Source of the DNA: Spironucleus salmonicida
Taxonomy: Eukaryota
Direction: 5' to 3'
DNA length: 64,000 nucleotides
Assembly (NCBI RefSeq): GCF_000497125.1
Contig: NC_090601.1
Location: 1,364,001 to 1,428,000, forward strand
The notes under the pieces are model-generated. The model was not told where the DNA came from and did not search any database. It worked only from the letters and a program-made list of their open reading frames with translations. Below, piece after piece: positions 1 through 11,217 of the stretch (position 1 is the stretch's first letter; every line of letters starts with the position of its first letter). A program made the translations under genes and the position numbers.

Positions 1-304
1 TATGATCTATGGTGTTAACCCTAGGACTTATCGCCTGAACGCGACTTTCGCCATCTGTACAAGTCTAACCGTAGGTCTCATAGCCAGTTTCCTTACCGAG
101 ATAATCTTGATCCTGGATATGGTGAGTGCTCTGGCCGGAGTTCCCCTGGTGATCATCTTCCCTGGGCTTTTGGGACTTCGTAGTGGAATAGAGAGCAGCA
201 GCCGCCTCTAGCGGATTCTATACATATGTTTCAATAGCGCATATGTAGCTATGGGAGTAGTTCTAGTGTTCATTGGAGTCGTTACCACGCTTTTGACACT
301 GTGA
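1..304 (+). CDS. 3' end of a multi-pass transporter, probably amino acid transporter (Aa_trans-like), partial
   Basis: Frame 2 reads through TAG(Gln) to TGA 302-304. Three hydrophobic helices, with 'VSALAGVPLVIIFPGLL' typical of AAAP-family C-termini. Confidence 0.6.
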
Positions 305-323
305 AGTGAGCTATAGTCGTCAC

Positions 324-2543
324 TCAGATCCCAGTATCATCCAGTTATTTTTCTAGGTCTTCCGCAATCAGATTTGCTCCCTCGCTGCTCCCTCGGGCAT
401 ATTCCAAAGCGAACAGAAGTTGGTTTAGGCTAATCTCGATACCAGCCTCTTATCTTTTTAGAAAGCCTTGGAACTGTTACAGGTTACCCTAGAATATCAA
501 ATTCTTCGCCATACACCACTCTCTGACTACCTCCTGCATAGAAGGAAGATCCATGGTTCCAACAGATAGTCGGTTAATAAAGCAGTCCAGTACTCCTAGG
601 TCGCTCATTCCAGCCATGCAATTTGTGCTGGCCAGTACAAAAACACGGCCATTTCTGGGGTTCTTTAGTAGTGGGAGGATAGTTTGTAGGATAACATTGC
701 TATAACGCATTCCAGATGGCGCAAACTAGACGATTTGTTCAATCCCGTCTAGTACTATAAGAGCTTCAGGTACTCGGTTTGCGTCATCAAACGCTTGGGC
801 GATTATCGCCGCCCGCTACTACTCTGTAGATGCCTGCCGAATGAGTGAATCTGCCGAAATGAACTTGATGAACTCTATTTTTGTCTCCTTACAAAGTTAT
901 GCTAGGATGGAAGACTTACCGGTTCCGGGTGCGAAACTGGTAAGGATAAGTGTAGATAAGTGAATGTGCGCATTCTAAGATGCCGTGATTTTCTGTTGGA
1001 TGGTTTCTAATATCTGGGCAGAAGCCGTAAGCGGTAGAAAATTGAACTACTGAATCTACTCGAACAACGAAGGATCACATCTTCCGAATCCAGCATGCAC
1101 CTCTCCGAGTGCGCGCACGAAGTCAGCCTGGGTAACTGTGAATGCAGTTGGCTCGGCGTTCTTGCCTTGGATTAGAAGTTGCCCTGATACCACGCGCGAC
1201 ATAGCGAAGGATTAAGCTGAACGCACCAGCCCTGCAATCTCTGATCCAGAAAAATTCTGGGCGCGTCCTGCAATATCCAACAGATCTACATCAACCCCCA
1301 GAGCCTCATTGTCATTCAGAGTCTTAGTATGGATAAGTAAAATTTGGTGACGGCCCTGGAGATCTGGAAGATGGATTTCCACATGCACCTCGAAACGACC
1401 TGGACGTAATAGCGCACTGTCTATCAAGTCCTTTCTATTGGTCATACCGACCACTAAGATGTTACCGAGGGAGTCCACCCCATCCATTTTCGCAAGAAGC
1501 TAATTCACTATCGAGTCGTACGTGCCGGTAGAATCTCCACGGGATCCACGTTGTTTGCAGATGGCATCGAGTTCATCCATCACAATAAGATGTAGCTCAG
1601 ATTCGTCGCCTAGTTCCTTCCAGTCCTTTTCAGCATCGGCAAACAGTTTTCTGATGTTAGCCTCAGAGTTTCCTACATACATGTCGAGTATCTCTGGCCC
1701 TGATACTATCTTTGGCTCTTTCGTGTTCAGCAACTGGCCTATTTTTCGTGCTATCAAGGTCTTCCCAGTACCCGGAGGACCAAATAGTAAAATACCACGA
1801 ACATGCTACAGGTCGTATTTGCGCACAAGATGGGGCGGGAACATGCGCGACACAAAGGCCCTACGGAAGATCTACGTAAACTGGGCGTTGAGGCCTCCAA
1901 TACCAATAGACTGGATGTCGATCTCATTTTCCGATTAGTCGCCTCCCTCTATCTCTGATTTTGCCATTTTCTTGAAGGCGTCTGATAAGGCGCTCTGTCC
2001 AACTGTAGTTCCATCAACGTGGGACCCCGATAGTATTAACTTTTTTGCAGCAGGGGCAGGGGAAAAACTGATCTAGGTAAATGAATTGAGGATACCTTCC
2101 TACTTGGGTGACATCTCAAGAGTGGTGCCCTGGTAGTCTGTGTAGTAAATCGCACCTGGGTAGAAATATCGGTTATTGAAGGACTGCTTCACGATATTAA
2201 AGAGTTCATCAGAATCAATATTGGTAAGAGTCTTCTTTGGGGCCACGGTGAACTAAACTGACTCTAGGTAATTCTATTAGGATGAAATGAAGGCCATGAA
2301 CGCAGCCTTAGAAATCAGAGATATTCTAGCATGCGTCCTAAGCTGTGCATTGAGCATAATGTAGCCAGCCTTGACCTCCGGTAACGGCTGACACAGCATG
2401 ACAATACCATTTGCCTGCAAGTAGAGCGGTACTGTCTGCACCTTGTCGCAGCAGATCTTATAATCTGAAGTATTGAGGAAAGCGCAATTTTGTAATGCCT
2501 AGTCCGTCTGGGTAGCCTTGCATGGTTCGAAGGTGAACTCCAT
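324..2543 (-). CDS. NSF: Vesicle-fusing ATPase NSF/Sec18 (739 aa)
   Basis: Code-6 frame joins three track ORFs. Motifs [55 protein letters not shown], plus a degenerate D2 domain. Confidence 0.95.
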
Positions 2544-2621
2544 TCGATTTATTTGGAGGGAACTGTATTCTCTGGTATTCACTAGAAACTAATATCCAGT
2601 ATATTATTGGGCTTACAAAAG

Positions 2622-4181
2622 ATGACACTTACTGGCCATGTCTCCCAACGGCTATTTTATCTTAGGGCCCAGGACATATGTGACTCGTGCAAGTAGCTGC
2701 TGGTTCTAGAGATCAAAGCATTCATCGTCAACTTACGAACAATCATACAGGAAAGAGCCTTCCCGTGCACTTTTGAGTTTGACCTCCCCATCGGTACAGT
2801 CCAGGTTCCGCCGCTCAGAAAATGCTGCGCGTGTAGAAGACCTGCATTGAAGAACCTTATCGATTTGGTTACTGCCGAGGTCAGTAGTTCTACCTTCGTT
2901 GAGCTGTGTCAGGGGCTGCAGCACATTAACTTCAAAAAACTTTCAGCCGATAAGAACGTTTTGTTCTTACTAGACTTTTCGACAGAGTTTCTAGTAAAGC
3001 ATAACCAGCGATCTACGACCACCTATTAAGATGCCGGGGTCCAGGTTGACGGCAACGGACAGTCTTAGTATCGGCGTGCTATAAAGGAGATATCACAGCT
3101 TTTTCAGCTTTCTTTTGTAACACCGGATGCCCTGCTTGACCATCTTAGGTCATTAAAAGCCAGTCACGACGATATGGTATCCAAGGATTATGAGGCCTAG
3201 CTGGCTACGATACGTTAGCAAAATAACTAATTGGATAAGGACCTTACACTATATATACAATAGTACAACCGCATAAAGACCCTCTCCTAACAAGGTATTT
3301 CCTTCCGGGAAAGTGATGAGGTTTCATTCCTCAAGAAGTCGCTGCAGGCGCGAGATGATCAGTGTAAAGTACTTGAAACTACAGTGGGACTCGAGGACAG
3401 GAAGATTTTTCTTCAGAGTATCGTCCGCAAGGCAAAGGTGCCCTGTCCGGGCCGGAAGTCTGCTGAACTACAGCGCTTCACGAAAATGCACACTGGCAGG
3501 CTGCACGTCCAAACAAACGAGGTGAAGCTATAGCTTGCCAATGATCGTATCGAAGCCCTCCAGGACCAAGTGGTAAGCCTAAATGAGTACATTGAAGACA
3601 TGCAGACCAGTTCCCAGCAGATGCAAACCCAGCAAACTCACCTCCGCGACATTATTGAGGAGTAGCGGGACGTAGAGGAGCAAAACCAGTACTACGGGGA
3701 GATCATCTAGACGCTCATTGCCGAGATCTGCAGCCTCCACGGCAGCCTCGCAACGACGCGTATCTCGCCTGGATTCGCGCCCAACTTTGCTCCTGACCTA
3801 GAGACTTACGTGCACAACACGGATACACTCTTAGTTCACTCCAACTACTCCAACGGAGAGCTCCTGGCATATCAGGCGGCCCTGTACGATGCAGTCGCTG
3901 CAAGCACCTTCGTTGGAGGGTTCGGACCAACAGGAAGCTCCGATTCCGCGAACTTCCAAAGCATCCAGAGCTATTATACGCGAAGCTCCGAGCTGTATGT
4001 CCGGCACCTGCTCAGTGGTTTCTAGACGCTGGTCCTGCTCCCGGCCGAGGCTATTTCTCTCCAGTGGGAGTTCGCCTACTCCGGGGGCGAGCAGTTCCTG
4101 GTGTGTCTCGCCGTGCTGCTCATCTGGGGGCGCCGGCTGGTTGAGCGCAACGGCGTGCTTGTGGTGAGTAAATGTGATTGA
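2622..4181 (+). CDS. Hypothetical protein, N-terminal CxxC...CxxC region plus coiled coil (519 aa)
   Basis: Continuous code-6 ORF joining track ORFs 2847 and 3810. Similar at both ends to 6128..7618. Confidence 0.75.
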
Positions 4182-5023
4182 AAGAGTGATTTATAATAGT
4201 GGTCTATTATGGAAGTTATTTTATATTAAGAAAATTAACTTGAAATTAAAACTATAATATTCCTTTCTTTATTATTATAAAATCATAATATTGAAAAATA
4301 ATATTATTTAAATAAATCGAAAATAATAAACTTGTTTTTATATCGAAATTAAAACTTCTTAATGAAACCTTTTATGAACTAATCAATACCATTTTATTGA
4401 TAAAACAAAATATCAATTTTAACAAGTCTAAATTATAGAATTAAAATAATTTCATATATAAAATTAAATATATCATGGTCATGATCATTGCATTAACGTT
4501 TATTTATCAAACAAGGTTATGAAACTCGGTAGTATCAAACACTTAGCAGGATAAAATTCTTATTAATTAAATATATCTTTATTCTATATTATTTTTATAA
4601 TGTTATAAAATACACAAGTAAGTACTGAGTAATAAAATAACTATTTAGAATATATATTATAATTTTTACATTCCAGCCAAAAAGCATTATGTTAGATAAG
4701 TAGCCAAATATTTTATATAACAAACCAATCAAACAAATTATACATCTTAAAAATACGTGTACTGTTTGATTTTGTTTAATCTCTAGATTTATTAAATAGT
4801 ATAGTATCTTCCCAATAATTATTCATTTAAATAAAAAATGTTAAAAAATATTTTAATATGATGCTCTAAGATATTAAAATATATTAAGTCATCGCAGCAT
4901 ATATAGAATAAGTAATGTAAAAACTAGGTCTACACAAACTTAGTTTTTGTTTAAGTATTTTACTTATTTTATATAAAAATTAATATATTTTATGTAAAAA
5001 CGGTTTTACGATAACTTCATAAA

Positions 5024-5467
5024 ATGGACTGCTCCTACGGACAATTTACCAACAAGCTGGCGACAGCGGCACGGCACTAGGTGCGAGAAGGGCGGAATCT
5101 TCAGATCCACGTGCAGTTGCAATCACTCGTTCAGGCGCCGAACCCCAAGCTCTAGTCCCAGGTATCCGAAATGCTGCGGTTCGCGGAGTCGAATTTCGGT
5201 ACGGACATGCTCTTGGTGTCCGCAGTATTCTTCACCAGGCTGAGCGCCGAACTGCAAGCCCACCGACTTACCATCCCGGTCGTACTCCTGCTGGCCTCAA
5301 CCTCCACCCGGGACCAGGACGGCATAGCTGAGACCCTTGCGCAGCGGTTCGGCCTTGCTGAGAAAGCACTGTGGACCCTAGCTAGGTCGGTACTGCTCGA
5401 GCTGGACCACGACCTCTTCGTCTCCAGGAAGGAGATAGAGGACATCAGAGCCGAGATAGAAGAGTGA
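5024..5467 (+). CDS. Divergent PHO80/U-type cyclin-like protein (147 aa)
   Basis: GC-rich ORF ending GAG-TGA. The C-terminal 'AQRFGLAEKALWTLARSVLLELDHDLFVSRKE' resembles the P/U-cyclin box end. Confidence 0.5.
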
Positions 5468-6127
5468 TAGATTGAGTATAATAATACGTTCAGCAGGGGT
5501 GACAGAATTACCAGAAATTTCGTATAATACGAAATTTTTTTGGTCAATTATTAGATTTATAAGATTTATTAAGACAACTGATTATTATCTTAAAAAAATT
5601 CTTGCCAATATCCACTTTTTTAATCCTTTATTATTATTAAATATCATTATGTTGATAAAATATATAATCTTAGAGTCTATCTAATAACTATTTATTATAC
5701 CTTTAGTTTGTTATGTTGAAATTAATCATTTCTTATTAATTCAAGGTTGGCTAAAATATTGATTATTAATCCAGGACTTCAGAGATAAATAATAACTTAC
5801 TTATCTTTATAGAAGGATATGTAACTAATCATAATTGTTAAGTGGTTATTATGCACCTAGAAAAATATTTAACTAGACCAAAATTAATATATAAGATTAA
5901 ATAGATTATAATTTTCAAGAATATAAGGTGATAATAATTTCAACGTTATTATATATAGCAGATTAAAATCTTTTATTAATATTAACGAATTAGTAAAATC
6001 ATATTTTATGTTAGGAAGTTGGTGTATTTATATTTATTATAATAACCACAGTTGAACAATTACCTAATTATTAATTACTTCACAAATTATATTTTGATAT
6101 TATGGTATTATATTATATTATTAAAAA

Positions 6128-7618
6128 ATGAATTTGTTTTAGTAATCGATTATACAGCGCCTTCATTTAATATAAGTTATAAATCCTTGTATTTAATGCG
6201 TAGCTGATATCGCTGGTGATTTTTTATCATTTACTCTTTCTATCAAGCAGTGTTTGGCAGATCTGTAAAGTCCAATTGCTTAACTTATTCCATTTCCTTA
6301 GCATTAATTAACTCACTTAAATGTTCCAAAATGTAATTTTTGTAATAGATTAGCCCTACGTCCACTAATTCTAAAAATTACTGAATCATTCTCAGAAGAA
6401 GACCTAGAATTTTTTGTGACTCAAAATTTAAGCGCAAATTTTGCTCCTCACGAAACTTCTGATATTGTGTGGAAATTAAAGTAATTATTAAGAACCTATT
6501 AGTTATCTAAAAATTAAACTCCAGATTTAGTTAATATGGGAGTTTAAACGCAAAATATCGATCCCATAAATTATAAAAAATAATTTTTCCAAATCGGTCG
6601 TATCTTAAACATTCATCGACTTTGTCCCGAAGATATTTTAGAGGCAGTTAAGAAATAAGTTCAAACAATCTAACATTATGAGAAATCCTAGTTTTAGACG
6701 TAGATTGCTGAGCTTCGTAAGCAGAACACCGATTTAATGCATGAGAACGTACTAATGAAGCGTGAAAATTCTAAACTTCTCGAATACCAGAAGTATGGAT
6801 TAAAATCTAGGCCGTAATCCCACATCGTCAGTCCTCCCACGCAGCCTAATCATGCAGAAACACACAAAATACTTCGACAGTATTCTCTAAATCCGACCAA
6901 CGACATTAGCGATCGTCGCTAAAAGTTTACCGAATGCATGACTGCTAAGCGATAAGTTACAACCACTAAAACACAGATCTATACCCTTGAGTAGGAAGTA
7001 GAAAGGTTAAAATCCAAAAATCTGGTATTGAGCTACAGAGCTGGTATTGCAGATTAAACAGATTTCCAGCTTTCGGCATCAAACTCGATTTCGAACGACT
7101 TCCCAGTCTTCATTACTGCAGAAAATCACTCGCTCACATAGGATCAGATTAGTGTGATTTTTCTGACAAAACAGCTTGCTCAAGTCAGCAACGGGAAGTA
7201 GGTAATAAATAAGTTACCCCAAGAATACATAAACCACTACATTCAATAATTCAACAATTTGGTTTAAGAGCTCACTATTAACGCATTCCAGTAACTGCAG
7301 GAGCACTTTTTGTCTTTAAAGCGCTACATCCTTATTGAGCGCTAGGCAAGGTTTTTCCGTTAAAAACCCAGCCTTATGTTAGCTTAGCTCGCGTTTAAAG
7401 ATGCATATTCTGAGCATTAGGAGCTGTATCTTTACGACTAGCTGAAAAACTATAAGGTTTTAAACTGTGTGAATTAGCTAAAAACTATTTCGTGCATTTT
7501 ACTTTCCGGTGCTAAAGCTAGTGTTGGAGTAAATTTTAACGTAGTGTTAGCGATTCTTATCAGTTAAAATTATGGAGTTTAGAAACGAAATGGAGAAATT
7601 TGCCTCTTTGAGGAATGA
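6128..7618 (+). CDS. Hypothetical protein, CxxC...CxxC plus coiled coil; divergent paralogue of 2622..4181 (496 aa)
   Basis: Open under code 6. Shares QRL..CxxC...KCxxCxRxALxxLI and C-terminal FxVxLAxL...RNG with the upstream gene. Confidence 0.75.
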
Positions 7619-7619
7619 T

Positions 7620-7901
7620 TCACTCAAGGGTCATACTGATAGATAGAGGCTGTTCATTTGAGAAAATGAGCCCTACCTCGTATTAAAATTGACGAACTTC
7701 CTGAATTGCAAAATATAGAGATTCTTGGATATTCTATACTGAAAGGTACTTTTTGACGCGCTCTCGGGACAGAAAAGCGGATTTAAAGACCTTGTAAGTG
7801 TTTGTTTTGTCAGCTTGCAGTCGTACAATCCCTTCGTTCTTCATGTATAACTCGTGGCGTCTTGTTTGAAGTGATTTTTCAGGGTGAGAGGTTTTGAACA
7901 T
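7620..7901 (-). CDS. Hypothetical protein (93 aa)
   Basis: MFKTSHPEK... to GAG-TGA. Converges on the previous gene with a 1 bp gap. Confidence 0.6.
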
Positions 7902-8498
7902 TTTAATTATAATAAATTTAATAATATAATAATAATTTCCGCCTAAATGTAACCACAAATACTAGTAGCAAAATAGTTGGCCTTGTAACTGTAAGATGTC
8001 ACTCTTCTATCACCAAGTGAGAAATAGTAGCATTTTCCATACTTTTACAGCTTTATCGAAAAAAATATTAATTAAAGTATGTTTTTGAGTACTTTAGGCC
8101 CTTAAAAAAGTCAAAACTTGCAAAAACCTAAGAAAATACAACGGTAAGAATTTTAGACATATATCAACTGGTTTAACGAAGATGAATTACAATTGTGACC
8201 TATTTAACTTTTTTCAGCCTCCAAATAAAAGACTTGTATACAATGATATATTATAATAAAATATTTTAATTCAATAATGACACTGAGATCCTTACCTAAT
8301 GTTCCACAAACAATTTTCTCTAAAAGATCGATATAATTTTTAATAGATAATAAATTAAGATTAACTGATCTATAATTTCCCAAATATAGTGATTTTAGAT
8401 CATTATCTGATTTCCAGAAAACATATAAAAAACACATTAATTTTATTTATAGTTTAAAGCAATAATATGATAATTACGAATAATCACTTAATATTGTG

Positions 8499-8795
8499 AT
8501 GAATCATTGTATAGAAGAGCGATCATACTTAGAATCTAAAGAAGAAATCTAAATTTAATATGATATTCCTAGAGCACATCCGCTTAAATAAATTTAGTTT
8601 TCCTGCTTACAATCGACTGATATTTCAGTAATTGGAAATATAAAGTAAAAACCACAATCTAGTCAAAGTCAAGTCAATAAGTCTGGTAAACTTACGGTCG
8701 AACCCTTTTCCGTATTTCTGTAGAAGTCAAATTTAACCAATACTGCTTATGGAAAAGCTAGGCTTCGACGTAAATATTTAGAATCTAAGAAATGA
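8499..8795 (+). CDS. Hypothetical basic protein (98 aa)
   Basis: Code-6 ORF; its stop lies 3 bp from the convergent kinase stop. Confidence 0.5.
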
Positions 8796-8798
8796 GTC

Positions 8799-10004
8799 TC
8801 ATTCATCGTCGTCTTAGCACTTTTTCTTTTTGCTGAATCCTCCTTTTTTCTTTGCTACTGTGGAAGTAGGTATATCTTCTTCAATAAAATCGCTAATTTC
8901 TTTAGACTTTTCAATTTCTAGTTGTATGACAACTGGTATTTCTTATGAGTCTTATTTTTAACTTATACCAGCATCGACTGAAAATCCGGCAAAAACATCG
9001 CTATCATCAACTTGGTTGTGAACTGCTCCAACACCTTCGTCCACTTTTACACTAGTAAATCTTTTATCAAAATTCTTATTGTAATCTTTCTCAGGCTTAT
9101 ACTCCATTTCATACTTCTTTGTCATTAACTTGTCCCAATCTAGGCCCTTAAAAAATGGGTGATTTCTAATTTCATTGAAATTTTAACCAGCACCAAGACG
9201 CTTCTTAGGATCTTTTTCTAGCATTCTGGATATGAAAGATTTACAGCTTTCGCTAAATCTGTTCGAAAATTAAGGATCTTGCCTTATCGTTGCTTTAAAC
9301 ATTGCTTTGTGATCTCTAGAATAAAATGGCGGAGTGCCATGAATTAGCTCATAACAAATAATACCAACAGCCCAATAATCAACTTCTACACCATGAGGCT
9401 GATTCCTTATCTATTCTGGTGATAAATATTCAGCCGTTCCACAAAAAGTAGTTCCAACGACAGCTCCTGTTTAAGTATCACCAATTTTAGAGAGACCAAA
9501 GTCAGTAAGCTTCAAATAACCATTAGCATCAACCAAAATATTTTCCGGTTTTAAATCACGCATAATCATTCCATGTGAATGAAGTTCAAAGAGACCTAGT
9601 AAAATTTATGCTGTCATCATTCTTGCAACAGACTCAGAGAATTAACGCATTTTTTATAGATGGCTAAAAAGCTCTCCGCCAGGAACAAAGTCCAGTACTA
9701 AATACAGTAAGTCAGATGTCTGGAAAGCGCCATGTAATTTGACTAAAAATGGTGAATTTAAGGAAGCTAAGATTTGGCGTTCTGCAAGAGTATGTGTGAG
9801 TTCGTTTGCTTCTAGAATCTTCTTTTTCTGTAAAACTTTAATCGCATAAGTTTAGTTATCAGCCAGGCGTTTAGCTAAAAATACACTAGCAAATGAGCCT
9901 TGACCTAGGGTTTATAATATTTAGAAGTCCTGAATCGATGTAGCAGGAGGGATACTTGAGATTGTATTTACTAACCCTTGCAAATTAGAATTTTCCTACC
10001 CCAT
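8799..10004 (-). CDS. AGC-family Ser/Thr kinase, Akt/SGK-like without PH domain, putative N-myristoylation (401 aa)
   Basis: Motifs [29 protein letters not shown] and C-terminal hydrophobic motif FAGFS. Starts MGQENS. Confidence 0.9.
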
Positions 10005-10155
10005 TTGATAGGGAAACGGCGAATTATAGTATTACAAATAAATACAAATAATATTGTATATTTCTGTTGAAGAGTATTATTTATACTAATATTATACTAT
10101 TAAAAGTAAGAAAAAATAATGCTTTATTATTCTACTAATCTTACTAAGTTGGATT

Positions 10156-10668
10156 ATGGAGGAAGCAATTATTAATTTATAGAGCTCATTTATATTATTA
10201 TAAAACTAGAGATTAGTATCATAATTAGTATAGTCTGCTTAATGTGTACAATAATTTTTGACATTGCTTGATTTGAAAATATTATTTCCAGTTAAAATTG
10301 ATATTTAGTAAAATATAGCAAAAGTAAATAGTTCTCAGCATCTATACATAGATGATGTATTAAAGATTACATCGGATAGTTCCGAAGGTACTTTATGGCT
10401 ATTATTAACGTAGAAATTTATAGTTGAATTTTTACTTAATTTAGCTAGTACCGAAAATGTTAAAAGCTCAGTTACCGATGCATATACCTTAGTTTTAAAA
10501 GAAAGACATAATTTTTTTATTAGAAGTGTTTTTACCACGGGGTTTAAATTTATTCCAGGACTAGAGTAACTCAAAGCTAAAACGGGATTAGATATTACTA
10601 TGGAGGTAAAAGAGAGGGTAAGTTAGATGAAACTGTCCATTGATAGTTTCAATATTTTAGTACAATGA
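10156..10668 (+). CDS. Glycolipid transfer protein (GLTP fold, 170 aa)
   Basis: FPVKIDIQQNIAK (D..N..K), GTLWLL (Trp), AYTLVLKERHNFFIRSVF (His). Missed by the standard-code track. Confidence 0.8.
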
Positions 10669-11217
10669 GATATTTTATATATGATTAGTATTAGTTGGTT
10701 ACAATGCCATATTTGAAATACATATTCTCTTCTAGCTGCAAACCTAGACCATAAAGAAGTAGTCATTCATTTTCACAAATTTAATTACTAACATTATAAT
10801 CAAAGAACTTAACAGAACAATTTGGATTTGTACATAATACGTATTAAAATGTTTAGAATTAACGCTGTCTGCTTACAATAATTAAGATATTCAAAAAGCT
10901 CAAACACGAATAAATAAGTATAATTAACGTGGATAGATTATGTTTTATACCCAAACTTAATATCCATAAATTTCAAAGGAAAAAACAAAGCAATCATCAT
11001 AATGATGCTTAACAGTTAATTAATAAAGCCACCAGTAAAATTTAAATTGAAGAAATAAGAAATAAACCTATTAGTTAATATGATAATCAGGTCACTGGTA
11101 TATTGCAGAAAACTTACTTCAAGGGGCTTAAATGAATTTTAACTTAGAAAATTATTATTTCATATAGTAGTATAATATTATTATTGCTTACAAGAAATCT
11201 TCCATTTCTTTTATTAC

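Noticed and set aside
324-2543. Fragmented standard-code ORFs suggesting widespread pseudogenes
   Set aside because: Fragments are in one frame and interrupted only by TAA/TAG; genes are intact under code 6.
10335-10640. Minus-strand 101 aa ORF
   Set aside because: Antisense shadow of the GLTP gene, which has recognisable motifs.
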